Below are positions 19,204-28,116 of a stretch of 43,532 nucleotides of DNA, piece after piece. The position numbers and the translations under genes are program-made. Origin of the DNA: a virus (lineage: Duplodnaviria > Heunggongvirae > Uroviricota > Caudoviricetes). Under the pieces are notes generated by a model, which was not told where the DNA came from, made no database searches, and saw nothing but the letters and a program-made list of their open reading frames with translations. The DNA lies in the IMG/VR virus record IMGVR_UViG_3300024268_000012; one strand, written 5' to 3'. The number at the start of each line of letters is the position of its first letter. The stretch's first letter is position 1.

Positions 19204-19767
19204 ATGAAGGAAACACCTAATGCTATTTATATGGAGCCTGAAGAGTATGAGGCTTACTTAAAGGAGCAAGAGGAAAAGCAAGAAAAACTTAAGGCGTATT
19301 ATGAGTCCTTGAAAGAAGGTAATGATAATGTTGATGGTCCAAGTCTATATGAATTGAACCAGCAAATTATTGCAAAAATGCCTGCTCTGGACGGCGACGG
19401 GGTGCGCGATTGCTCTGGGAAAATTTTAAAGTGGTTGGACACACATCCCGATCCTTATTATATGCTCCTATGTAATGAGCTTAGTTATTACACTTTATTC
19501 CATATTACTTCTGCAAAGTATAATGCTGGCGGCAACTTGATGATTAGTCGAGGTGCAATGCGAGATTTAACAGATGAAATTCTTGATATTGTTGCTAATC
19601 TTGGTGATGTACGCGTTATTGAAGAAGATAATAATGGAGCAATTTCTGTGTGGAGTTCTCTCAAGCCCGCACATTATGAAGCACTATCTGATGAAGCTAA
19701 AGCAGAAGCTGACATCGTACATTGTTTCTATTTATTCCCATATGGAAGGGGAGTCGTTGAAGTATGA
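19204..19767 (+). CDS. Hypothetical protein
   Basis: 187-aa ORF after promoter P5 with RBS aaaaggagaa. No motif recognised. Confidence 0.5.
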   Translation: MKETPNAIYMEPEEYEAYLKEQEEKQEKLKAYYESLKEGNDNVDGPSLYELNQQIIAKMPALDGDGVRDCSGKILKWLDTHPDPYYMLLCNELSYYTLFHITSAKYNAGGNLMISRGAMRDLTDEILDIVANLGDVRVIEEDNNGAISVWSSLKPAHYEALSDEAKAEADIVHCFYLFPYGRGVVEV

Positions 19768-20024
19768 ACTCTGCATATTGGATGACTAATAAATTTACAA
19801 ATCATTCTTCTGTATTAATTCACACAAAAGAAAATACTGCAAGAGTAGATTTGTTTGGTGAGACTATTGAAGATCATATTATGTCTTTGGCAAATGTAAT
19901 TGCCTCATATGGTCTTACTACTGTTAAAACAGATAAAGAATATTTGGTGTTTGAAGCACCACTAAATGCTCTACTTGCACAAAATTATAATTATCAGAAT
20001 GGCGTAAAATTGGAGGAAGTCTAA
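19764..20024 (+). CDS. Hypothetical protein
   Basis: ATGA-coupled to the previous gene. 86 aa. Confidence 0.45.
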   Translation: MNSAYWMTNKFTNHSSVLIHTKENTARVDLFGETIEDHIMSLANVIASYGLTTVKTDKEYLVFEAPLNALLAQNYNYQNGVKLEEV

Positions 20025-20025
20025 G

Positions 20026-20256
20026 ATGAAGTATTTGCTGAATGTTGTTGAAACTTACCGTGTTGATACCGTAGAAGAGGCTCTGGCTATGCGCGATGAA
20101 ATGGCCGCAGCTCATGAATATGAACTTCAGTCTTTCCAGTATACTACCAAGTTTAATAAAAAGACTGAAGAAGAGTATCAGGTTGTAAAAGCTAAGAAGG
20201 TTATCAATAGTGAAAAGGAACCCAATTGTGGGGTAATGGTGCGATATGAATATTGA
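20026..20256 (+). CDS. Hypothetical protein
   Basis: 76-aa ORF with RBS ggaggaag. Its stop overlaps the next start. Confidence 0.45.
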   Translation: MKYLLNVVETYRVDTVEEALAMRDEMAAAHEYELQSFQYTTKFNKKTEEEYQVVKAKKVINSEKEPNCGVMVRYEY

Positions 20257-20836
20257 TGCGACTTTTGAAAAGATTAGTAAATATGCTGATGACAACTTGG
20301 TCGTCATCCCAACTCGCAAAACTGCCGAGTCAGCGGGGTACGACTTTTGTGCAGCAGAAGATACGATAATTCCTCCATTTGTTGAGATGGTCGAAGATGC
20401 AATGCTTGAGGATATTAACTCTCGCAAAGCGCAGTATGCCGATGTAAAAGAGTTTATGGCAGCTGAATACCCTTATACTCTCGACAAGATTGCGGCGATC
20501 ACTAAGCAGTATGATGCTAAGGTCGCTCTTGTGCCAACTGGTATTAAGTGTAAGATTCCGGGTGGTTATTATCTTCAGCTAAGTGTACGTAGTTCTTTGC
20601 CGCTTAAGCACTGGTTGATTCTGGGTAATGGTGTTGGTATCATCGACGCGGATTATTATAATAACCCAGATAATGAAGGACATATTTATTTCCAGATCAT
20701 TAATCTGTTACCGGTTCCCATTAAGATTCAGAAGGGTGAATGCTTCGGTCAGGGTGTTCTTCTTCCTTATGGTGTTGCTACTGGTGACAATGTAACCGCT
20801 ACTCGCGAGGGCGGATTCGGTTCTACCAATGGGTAA
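20246..20836 (+). CDS. dut: dUTPase / dCTP-deaminase family protein
   Basis: 'GVGIIDADYYNNPDNEGHIYFQIINL' resembles dUTPase motif 3 (G.IDxDYRG). The beta-jelly-roll family length (196 aa) fits. Confidence 0.7.
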   Translation: MNIDATFEKISKYADDNLVVIPTRKTAESAGYDFCAAEDTIIPPFVEMVEDAMLEDINSRKAQYADVKEFMAAEYPYTLDKIAAITKQYDAKVALVPTGIKCKIPGGYYLQLSVRSSLPLKHWLILGNGVGIIDADYYNNPDNEGHIYFQIINLLPVPIKIQKGECFGQGVLLPYGVATGDNVTATREGGFGSTNG

Positions 20837-21317
20837 GATTATATTAGCTTTAGATCAGGCCACTCGCGACAGCGGGTGGTCTATCTTTGATAATGGAGAA
20901 CTGATCGACTTCGGCCACTGGAGTTTCTCCCACGACGACGTAGCAATGCGTATCCATAGGCTTTGCTAGGAAATTGAGAAGAAAATTGAGGAATATGAAC
21001 CAGAGCTCATCGCTATTGAAAATATTTAGCTACAGTAGAACGTAGAGATGTTTCAAAAGCTAGCTTGGGTTCAAGGTGCTTTAATGCGCACCTGCGTTGC
21101 AAAAGGAGTTCCATATTAGTTAGTTCGTCCGTCCGAGTGGCGTGCGGAATGTGCTTTCCTTAAAGGCAATGATAAACATAGAGATAATCAAAAAAAAGTT
21201 GCGCAAACCTGGGTAATGGAAACCTTCGGTAAGAAATGTACGCAAGATGAATCGGATGCGATTTGTATTGGTTATGCTCTATCTAAACAAGAGGATAACA
21301 ATTGGGATTTTGAATGA
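20829..21317 (+). CDS. RuvC-like Holliday junction resolvase, read through 4 in-frame TAG codons (TAG recoded as sense, probably Gln)
   Basis: ATG overlaps the dut stop. 'KIILALDQATRDSGWSIF' is the RuvC/A22 N-terminal Asp motif and 'LIAIENI[TAG]L' is the catalytic Glu motif. The frame stays open to TGA at ~21315-21317 only if TAG at 4 positions is translated. No ORF is reported here by standard-code translation. Confidence 0.7.
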
Positions 21318-21331
21318 TTGGGCTAATTAGG

Positions 21332-21359
21332 TTCACTCTTTTCTCTTGATTTTTATAAT
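21332..21359 (+). promoter_or_regulatory. Possible weaker promoter for the recoded holin-like gene (TTCACT-N16-TATAAT)
   Basis: TTCACT ~21332-21337 and TATAAT 21354-21359, ~24 nt upstream of ATG 21383. Confidence 0.35.
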
Positions 21360-21382
21360 CAGAGAAAGGGGATGACTTTTGC

Positions 21383-21904
21383 ATGGAGTATGATTTATTT
21401 GATTATTTCCTCAAATGGCTCATTCCATTCGTCTGTTCAGGTCTCTTCGCGGCAATCGTTATTCCAGTATGGAACAGATATAAGCATGGACGCGACGCAG
21501 AATTAAAAGACAAATGGAATGTATATGCACAAGAAACCAAGAATGATATTGAAGCATTCAAAATCGAATCCAAAAAGAAAGACGTTGAATTAGAAAAGAA
21601 AATTGTCGACGTCTAGACTGCACTGCTTGATAAGATCGAACAAAATACCGCTGGTATACGTCAGGCGATTTTGCAGTCTCATTTAAGAGAATTGATTATT
21701 GATGGTAAAATGTATCTAAAGAATGAATATATTACTCTTGAGCAATTGGCAGATTATGAGGAACGTTTCTTAACTTATAAGACACTAGGCGGTAACGGAC
21801 ATGTGGATCCATGGATCGCTAAAATTCGTCAATTGCCTAATACTCCTCCGGAGCAAGTGGAAGAAACCGATTTTTCCGCACGCTCTAAATATCATCATGT
21901 GTAA
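21383..21904 (+). CDS. Membrane protein with single N-terminal TM helix (holin-like), read through 1 TAG
   Basis: ORFs 21383..21616 and 21671..21904 are in the same frame, separated only by TAG at 21614-21616. N-terminal TM 'LIPFVCSGLFAAIVIPVW', RBS gagaaagggg, followed by a strong terminator. Confidence 0.55.
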
Positions 21905-21912
21905 AAAAAAAT

Positions 21913-21950
21913 AAGGGAGACTAGATATTTTATCTAGTCTCCCTATTTTT
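21913..21950. terminator. Strong bidirectional rho-independent terminator
   Basis: Perfect 13-bp stem GGGAGACTAGATA/TATCTAGTCTCCC with TTTT loop, flanked by A8 upstream and T9 downstream. It sits where + strand and - strand units converge. Confidence 0.8.
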
Positions 21951-22047
21951 TTTTATGTTATATCGTCAAAAATCTAATTCGTATTAAATAAAATTTCTTT
22001 GCCAAATGTAGCAATTAAATCAGCGACCATTTCTTCTTGTTCTATAG

Positions 22048-22317
22048 TCATATTGACATTATAACTAAACATAGCAGCATGAACTATTGACCGTATTTCC
22101 TGCGGAAAGCCTAAAATTCAGTATCGAAGTCCTTACCTTGCTCGCGCATAAGGTTGCGGGCAATCTGTTCAATTTCTGCACTTCTATTGTTTTTGGCCAA
22201 GTTCAATAGATTTACTCCCATTGGAGTATTTTGCATACCCTGTAACAGATTCATCATTACTTGTTGCGGGTTCTAACCATTTTTAATCATACCGATAATC
22301 TAGTTCATCTGAACCAT
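22048..22317 (-). CDS. Small TAG-containing hypothetical protein (late)
   Basis: ATG at ~22317 preceded by gaggagggg. The frame is open to TGA at ~22048 if 4 TAG codons are read as sense. Protein MVQMN[Q]IIGMIKNG[Q]NPQQ... Confidence 0.45.
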
Positions 22318-22334
22318 TCGTGCTTCCCCTCCTC

Positions 22335-22712
22335 TCAAAACTGGGATGCAACATCATTTAGCTATTGTTTAGTCTCCTTCGGTGGGATAATCATTTGATT
22401 CATTGCCATTTGAATTTGCTACATTGCCTATTCAAATTCTTCTCTAGTTATAAAATTTAAATTGGCTTCATTAGTAAGAGGAATATTTTTTAGTTCGTAT
22501 ACATTCAGCGCAGCCGTTCCATCCATATTGATTTGTTTAGTGTAAATTCGCTTATTAGCTAAGTCTGGAAAGTAAAACACTGAACCATCGAAGTCAATTG
22601 AGGCGCCTCTGACTTCATCGAGAGAGGAGACTGGTCTTCCCTTTAATGCCATAGAAACGGGTCGGGAAGCCGGCTATTGAGCCTAAAAATAATTTGGATA
22701 AGTTGGATACAT
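22335..22712 (-). CDS. Small TAG-containing hypothetical protein (late)
   Basis: ATG at ~22712 preceded by aagaggg, with a TATATAAT box ~40 nt upstream. The gene includes ORF-track 22428..22652 and continues through TAGs to TGA at ~22335. Confidence 0.5.
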
Positions 22713-22903
22713 TTTATCCCTCTTTTCTGGAAGTTGTCTCTATCACTTCCATTATATAATGAAAATGCCGATAGATCCGTTGGTCACATTTGTCTCGTGG
22801 TAACTATGAGGATTACCCCTCTGGATGAAGGGTGCATTAGAAGATGTAGTCACAGGCAAGCTCTCTGTCTCGCGTCAAGGACACTTCTAACAACGACAAA
22901 AAA

Positions 22904-22925
22904 GGGAGACCTTTAAAGGTCTCCC
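22904..22925. terminator. Bidirectional rho-independent terminator at the end of the - strand late operon
   Basis: Perfect palindrome GGGAGACCTTTAAAGGTCTCCC preceded by A6. Just 3' of the last late gene (22932). Confidence 0.7.
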
Positions 22926-22931
22926 TGTTAA

Positions 22932-23336
22932 TTAACTAGCAGCTGCAAGCTTATTTACTTGTACCTGGGCTTCAATCAAAGTAGTCAAGTACTGATCGAA
23001 ATCTCCAAGGGCACTAGCAAGATACTCTTTAGCATCATCTGTAAGAATGGCTAAAACCGCACTCTTAGTCATTTCAAAAGCTTTCTTCTGTGCCTCAGGA
23101 TCAAAAGCATTTTGACCCTTAAGAGCATCTACATATGTTTGAGTTGTGGTTAAAACGCAATCGGTTACAGTCTCCTGTAACATAAGCACATACTTATCAT
23201 GCTTATCATTATCAACACGATTAATCAACTCGTTGCTCTTAGCATTAATAAACTTAATAAAATAAGTGCTCAATACAACCAAGAGCGGAATGATTACTAG
23301 TTCAAAAATTTGTTGAGCCATTTCCATCCATTCCAT
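22932..23336 (-). CDS. Lysis-associated membrane protein (one N-terminal TM; holin-like)
   Basis: 134 aa with N-terminal hydrophobic helix 'IFELVIIPLLVVLSTYFI' and a helical remainder. It is the last gene of the - strand late operon before a bidirectional terminator. Confidence 0.5.
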   Translation of the reverse strand: MEWMEMAQQIFELVIIPLLVVLSTYFIKFINAKSNELINRVDNDKHDKYVLMLQETVTDCVLTTTQTYVDALKGQNAFDPEAQKKAFEMTKSAVLAILTDDAKEYLASALGDFDQYLTTLIEAQVQVNKLAAAS

Positions 23337-23348
23337 AAAAAGACCTCC

Positions 23349-23702
23349 TTATCCGCAAGACTCCTCATCAGTCTCAGGATCTTGACCTACTTGCTCACGC
23401 AGTAGGGCTGTAATAAGTTTTCTTTGTGTGTCTAACTTAATTTCATTTTCAGCTTTTGCTTTATATGAATAAAAACCGGTCACTGTCGCACACTCAGCAA
23501 AGACCGCGGGAATTAGGTACATAAGCGCATCAATGTTATTAAAATACCACATTGCAATGCAAGAAAAGATGGTGATGGCAAGAGTGACAGCGCAAACTGC
23601 GATCACAAGAATTTTGCTGAAAGACCATTTCTTCTCCACCTTGGGAGAAAAAATGGTTTCAACATATTGAGTAGTCGCGCTTTTAATTCTGCGAGGAATC
23701 AA
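23349..23702 (-). CDS. Two-TM small membrane protein (holin candidate)
   Basis: 117 aa with two hydrophobic segments ('ILVIAVCAVTLAITIFSCIAMW', 'LMYLIPAVFAECATVTGFY') and a charged C-terminus. It lies directly downstream of the endolysin. The start codon is uncertain (TTG/ATT). Confidence 0.5.
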   Translation of the reverse strand: MIPRRIKSATTQYVETIFSPKVEKKWSFSKILVIAVCAVTLAITIFSCIAMWYFNNIDALMYLIPAVFAECATVTGFYSYKAKAENEIKLDTQRKLITALLREQVGQDPETDEESCG

Positions 23703-25673
23703 TTAAGCAACCGCCTTTGCAAGAGCTTCCCAAGTCTTGGGACCGCAAATGCCATCGACCTTAATATTTACTTTCTTCTGGAATGCGCGAACTGCATTCA
23801 CAGTTTTAGTGCCATAGTCACCATCAATACCATCTTTATTTTCGCCATAAGTACCAAGATCATATCCAAGTTTCTTCAAATTAGTTTGAAGAATTTTTAC
23901 ATAATCATTTTCAGCGCCTTTACGGATTGTTGGATATTTACTGAAATCAAGAGAAGGAGTGATTACGTTTTCATTATCATCATCAGAATCATCCTTACCT
24001 TGCGCAGCTTGAAGCTTTTTAAGAAGTTCTGCATCAACAATACCATCTGCCAAGATGCCATTATCACGTTCAAATTCTTTAACTGCAGTTGCGGTTTGAG
24101 AACCAAACTGACCATCAGCCTTATCTTCAAGTTCATATCCCAAATCCATTAAGATTTCCTGAAGTTCTTCAACATCAGCGCCAGTCATACCTTCTTTCAA
24201 AGGTAGACGCTCGCCAAGATCATAATCAGTCTTTTCGCCATCAAAAACAAGGAATGTATTCATAACATAACCATACTTGCCGTCAAAATAAGTTTTGCTC
24301 CAAGTTTCTTCACGCTCGTAAACATTAACCTTCTGGCCTTTAGGAATGCGAGCAAGAATGGACGCAGAGGTTGATTTGCCAGCACGCAAATTGAGTCTTC
24401 CAGAGACTGTAGTTACTACCGCAGTAGCAATAGGCTTAGGAGCTTCTACTTCTGGTTCTTCTGCTTTATATTCTCCAGATACGTATTTAATACCCGGAAA
24501 TTCATACCAATCAGTCCAAGGACGTTTATTTAAATCGGTAATGATAATACCCTTAGCAAACCCATAAGCTTCAACAACTTTACCATTACCAATATAATAG
24601 CCAACATGACCATCCTTGCGCACAGCAAGCCCAGGCACTTCTGGGATAGTTGCAATCTTACCATATTTTAAACCCTTGCTCTTGGCATAAGTGAACATAC
24701 TATTTGCAGATTTATCAGGGCAGTTATTTCCATATTTACTCTTGAAGGTCTTATCAGTACCAATAGATTCGATAACACCTTCACCGCCATAAGTCCAATT
24801 GTATCCTTTACCAAGTCCCACACAATCAGCAGAAACCATCTTCTTAGAAATGTGAGATTTATATGTAGCAGTACGATCACTACCATAATGAGAAGGATAT
24901 TGATTAGTTTTACTCTTTAAAGTAGAAGTTGTACATTTATATACACAAGTGCCATACCAATATGGCTGGCCAACCATTGCTTTCAAAAATTCTACAAAAT
25001 GTAAGTTAGTATATTTTTCATATTGAGACATAACATTCCCTCCTTGGGGTTTACCTTCCGTCGTCCCGACGATAGGTTCGCTCGGTTGGGTTACCACTAC
25101 CTCGCCATAATTCTTGCGAATTTCTGTACCTGGATAGTAGAATGCCAAAATTTCATCATATTTAACACCAATAGAAGCTGCATACTTAGCGCCGGTTTGA
25201 CTCATACCAACACCATGTCCATTCTTCTTGCCCTATGAGACGGCATAATCCCACGGGTCTTCTTGGGCGATTAAATATGCTCGCTTTCCGCCCCACTTTT
25301 CCTCACTTGAGTAGGTGCGGCCGCCGTTCATAGCACTGTAATGTGCATTTGTAACGATCTTGTTATTATAATAAAGAACTTCACCCTTCGTCTCTTCAAC
25401 TGCTTGATGTGCTCTTGCATATGAATTAGAGAAGCGTGAAGCGCGGAATGCCTAATCTGTTGAGGATTTGTCGCTAATAGATCCTTTACTCTAATAGCGA
25501 TATAAAGCGAAAGTGCGGGCCGCAACAGCTTGAGCTTTACCTGCTTCAAGAGCAGCATTACCTACTTCTGCGGGAACCACACCTTTTAGATATTCTTCAA
25601 TATCAATTTCAATTTCATCTTTACCATAATAGTCAAGATTTTCGGAGCGAGTAAGTTTTACTTTAATTAGCAT
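23703..25673 (-). CDS. Endolysin: SpoIID/LytB-like domain + Cys/His-containing central domain + two PG_binding_1 repeats; read through 3 TAG
   Basis: ORFs 25491..25673 and 23703..25205 are in the same frame (offset 468 nt). The span between them is open except for TAG at ~25491, ~25452 and ~25232. The N-terminus 'EEYLKGVVPAEVGNAALEAGKAQAVAARTFALY...GHGVGMSQTGAKYAA' is a SpoIID-type domain. The C-terminus has two 'DGxFGxxTxxAVxxFQ' peptidoglycan-binding repeats. RBS aaggagg. Confidence 0.8.
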
Positions 25674-25687
25674 GCTTATTCCTCCTT

Positions 25688-25722
25688 AAAAAAAGAAGAG
25701 GGTTGTTTATTACAACCCTCTT
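25688..25722 (-). terminator. Terminator after the rSAM operon (- strand)
   Basis: Stem GAGGGTTGT/ACAACCCTC with short loop. A-run on + (= T-run on -) at 25688-25695. Lies between gene 25727 and the endolysin start 25673. Confidence 0.6.
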
Positions 25723-25726
25723 TACA

Positions 25727-26041
25727 TTATTCAACAATCTTCTTTAAGCGAAGATTTACTTCACGACGGTCAATTTCTTCATTCATGGTATCAAACAAAG
25801 TATCAATCTTGAAATTATCAACCACATCGTACAAGAGCTCACCGTTCTTATCAAAAACATGTACAGCCTTAATAGTGATACCAACATAAGACTTAATATC
25901 TTCGATGGTGTCTGCAAGACTAGCTGCTGTGTTATCAAGGTAGCAGTTAAAATCATTGCCGAGCTCGCCATTTTCAATATGGCTATAATTTACGCTACGA
26001 ACGTCATAACGTGTTGCAGAATCGTTGAAACTAATAAACAT
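25727..26041 (-). CDS. Hypothetical protein (last gene of the rSAM operon)
   Basis: 104-aa ORF, 16 nt after the 226-aa gene, followed by a - strand terminator hairpin. Confidence 0.5.
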   Translation of the reverse strand: MFISFNDSATRYDVRSVNYSHIENGELGNDFNCYLDNTAASLADTIEDIKSYVGITIKAVHVFDKNGELLYDVVDNFKIDTLFDTMNEEIDRREVNLRLKKIVE

Positions 26042-26057
26042 GTTTTATTCTCTCCTT

Positions 26058-26738
26058 TTAGTTTGCTGGTGGAGGTGGTGGAGGCGGGGGAGGATTACAT
26101 CCACACTCCTCGGGTTTACTTCCATTCCAATCAGAGTTTTTTGGCCCTTCCTCAGGCTTTACTAAACCAAGCGCAGTTAAATAAGTTTGAGAAAGGCGAA
26201 GAGAAGCAGGACGAGACTGACGCCAAGATCTGAGTTCTTTAACAATGCTAGAAGAAGCTTGCATTAATTCAAGATAACCAGCGCCCATTTGTGCCAATGT
26301 ATATGTTGGCGCAAGAGTGTCTTGAATCAAACCAATGCGCTGGGCAATAGTCTGACTACGTTCATCTTCTGGACCATTAGACAATTTAAAGTCTAAATAG
26401 TTACCAAATACAGAGCAATATTGATGAACAATCGCGCACCAGGCACTCATAAAATCATTCCAGGGAAGCTTATCCTCAGTAAGAATAAGAGTTGGAAATT
26501 CATGTTCAATACGAATGAACATGTCTAAAGTGTCCTGAGAAATTGTAAATGCACCATCGTCCTCTCCCGGTTCCCAAGCTGTGATGGCATCAATTTGCTC
26601 CAATACTCTAATCATAATTAATGAAAGTTGCGGCTGAATGGCTGTTAAAATACGACCAATAGGACCCAAAGTATCAATTTCTTTCATCACATGATAGCGG
26701 GCCTCGCCATAAGAAAAATTACGAATTTCAGTTAACAT
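26058..26738 (-). CDS. Hypothetical protein with C-terminal Cys-Gly-Cys + Pro9 tail, coupled to the rSAM enzyme
   Basis: 226 aa. The start overlaps the stop of the upstream rSAM gene by 11 nt. The C-terminus is '...KPEECGCNPPPPPPPPPAN'. Confidence 0.55.
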   Translation of the reverse strand: MLTEIRNFSYGEARYHVMKEIDTLGPIGRILTAIQPQLSLIMIRVLEQIDAITAWEPGEDDGAFTISQDTLDMFIRIEHEFPTLILTEDKLPWNDFMSAWCAIVHQYCSVFGNYLDFKLSNGPEDERSQTIAQRIGLIQDTLAPTYTLAQMGAGYLELMQASSSIVKELRSWRQSRPASLRLSQTYLTALGLVKPEEGPKNSDWNGSKPEECGCNPPPPPPPPPAN

Positions 26739-28116
26739 TTAACTCCGTTACCTCCTCAAGATATTTGAATTGCACTTTCTTTTCTTCAGACAAATCTCTC
26801 CAAACTACACTCCACACCCCATGTTCTTGTAGCCATTTCATTTCAGTATAAATCATAGCATGAGCTACTGCACATACAGTAGGAATTGGAGTAATTAAAT
26901 TACGAGTGCATTCATATTGAGCACCAAGACAGGTGCCAGTACATAATTCATTAATAGGACATTGCGCACAATGCGGCAAAGATGCTTTATGCATAGAATA
27001 TGTTGAAATTAACAATTCCGGATTGATGCATTCAAATTTCAAAATTTCTTTTTCATCAGGCACCAATTTACCATAATACATATCTTCATATCCTGTGCGG
27101 TGACATGGATACATCATTAAGTCACTTACACGTAATGTAAATTGGCTTTGAATACCGCAGGTAAGACCACGTCCACAAGTTGTTAAAGGCTGACTAAACA
27201 TATTAAAACCATTTGCTTTAACTAACCAGCCTGCCATAGCATATGGATCTTTATTAATTTTATTTTCCCATACCCAATCAAGAACAAATCTCATAAATTT
27301 ACACAAAGACTGAACTTGATCATAATTCCATTCTTCATTGCGGACATGCAATAAATACAGGCTCTCCCATGGGATATTGTGTTTTTCCATCATTTCTTGG
27401 AACCACAAGAAATTTTGAGGCCATGCATCAATATTTCTACTATATACCATTGGATGCAAGCCACCATGAATCATATGAGAAAATTGAAATGCACGATCAT
27501 AGTACTCGTCATCTCGCACACCACCACCCAAATCCACATCTAGATCATGTAGATAAGGACGATTGTCTTCCATATATTTTCCATCAAAACTCGCACTAAG
27601 ACCTAGAGTAATACCTATACTTTCGAATTTAGCATGAAGTTCTTTTACTCTTGCAGTTGCTTCTTCAGAACACACAAAAGTAAAATTAGTAGGAATTACA
27701 ATTTCAATTGGACGATATAAAGGATCTAAATCCTTAAAATGTTCATAAATAGTTTCTAATACTTTATATCCAACTTCTTGAGCTAATAATTCACCAGAGA
27801 AAATTTCAATGTTAGCGTTCCAATCATTATGAGTGTACCATTGTAAAATAGTTTTTAGATTTTCAATAGTACGCTCTTCGTTGAAACAATCTTCACTAAA
27901 AATCTTTTTGCGATGACGATGTAAATAACAATATCTACAACCTAAATTGCAACGCGGTGAAATAATTAACTCAATATTTTTCATTTTCTGATCTCTTGGG
28001 GTATCAATAGAGAAATCATCATAAAAATATTTCTCAATTACCCAAGCGCCCAATTCATGATTTTCTTTTTGATATTGAGACAAACCAGTATCATTTACAT
28101 TGCAATGCTCGGCCAT
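26728..28116 (-). CDS. Radical SAM enzyme with C-terminal SPASM-like Cys cluster (peptide/protein-modifying type)
   Basis: 'ISPRCNLGCRYCYL' CxxxCxxC. The C-terminal region has 'CHRTG...C...CAQCPINELCTGTCLGAQYEC', typical of SPASM auxiliary Fe-S clusters. 462 aa. Confidence 0.8.
   Translation of the reverse strand: MAEHCNVNDTGLSQYQKENHELGAWVIEKYFYDDFSIDTPRDQKMKNIELIISPRCNLGCRYCYLHRHRKKIFSEDCFNEERTIENLKTILQWYTHNDWNANIEIFSGELLAQEVGYKVLETIYEHFKDLDPLYRPIEIVIPTNFTFVCSEEATARVKELHAKFESIGITLGLSASFDGKYMEDNRPYLHDLDVDLGGGVRDDEYYDRAFQFSHMIHGGLHPMVYSRNIDAWPQNFLWFQEMMEKHNIPWESLYLLHVRNEEWNYDQVQSLCKFMRFVLDWVWENKINKDPYAMAGWLVKANGFNMFSQPLTTCGRGLTCGIQSQFTLRVSDLMMYPCHRTGYEDMYYGKLVPDEKEILKFECINPELLISTYSMHKASLPHCAQCPINELCTGTCLGAQYECTRNLITPIPTVCAVAHAMIYTEMKWLQEHGVWSVVWRDLSEEKKVQFKYLEEVTELNVN

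Noticed and set aside
20837-21380. RuvC-like gene as a decayed pseudogene
   Set aside because: All interruptions are TAG (none TAA/TGA or frameshifts) and catalytic motifs are intact. The same TAG-only pattern recurs in at least eight other late genes, so recoding is more parsimonious.
22677-22916. 79-aa + strand ORF in the interval between the two terminators
   Set aside because: It has no RBS and overlaps the promoter/5' region of the RBS-led - strand recoded gene. Judged spurious.
21905-22931. Searched intergenic and ORF-free stretches (also 32650-32940 and 37097-37307) for a suppressor tRNA(CUA) or other tRNA
   Set aside because: No cloverleaf with a GTTCxAxxC T-loop and CUA anticodon could be assembled by eye. 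The stretches are accounted for by terminator hairpins, promoters and TAG-containing coding sequence. tRNAscan-SE should be run on the whole genome.
26058-26100. Pro9-encoding CCN run as a slippery or programmed-frameshift site
   Set aside because: The stop codon follows 3 codons later in frame, and no extended alternative frame exists downstream.
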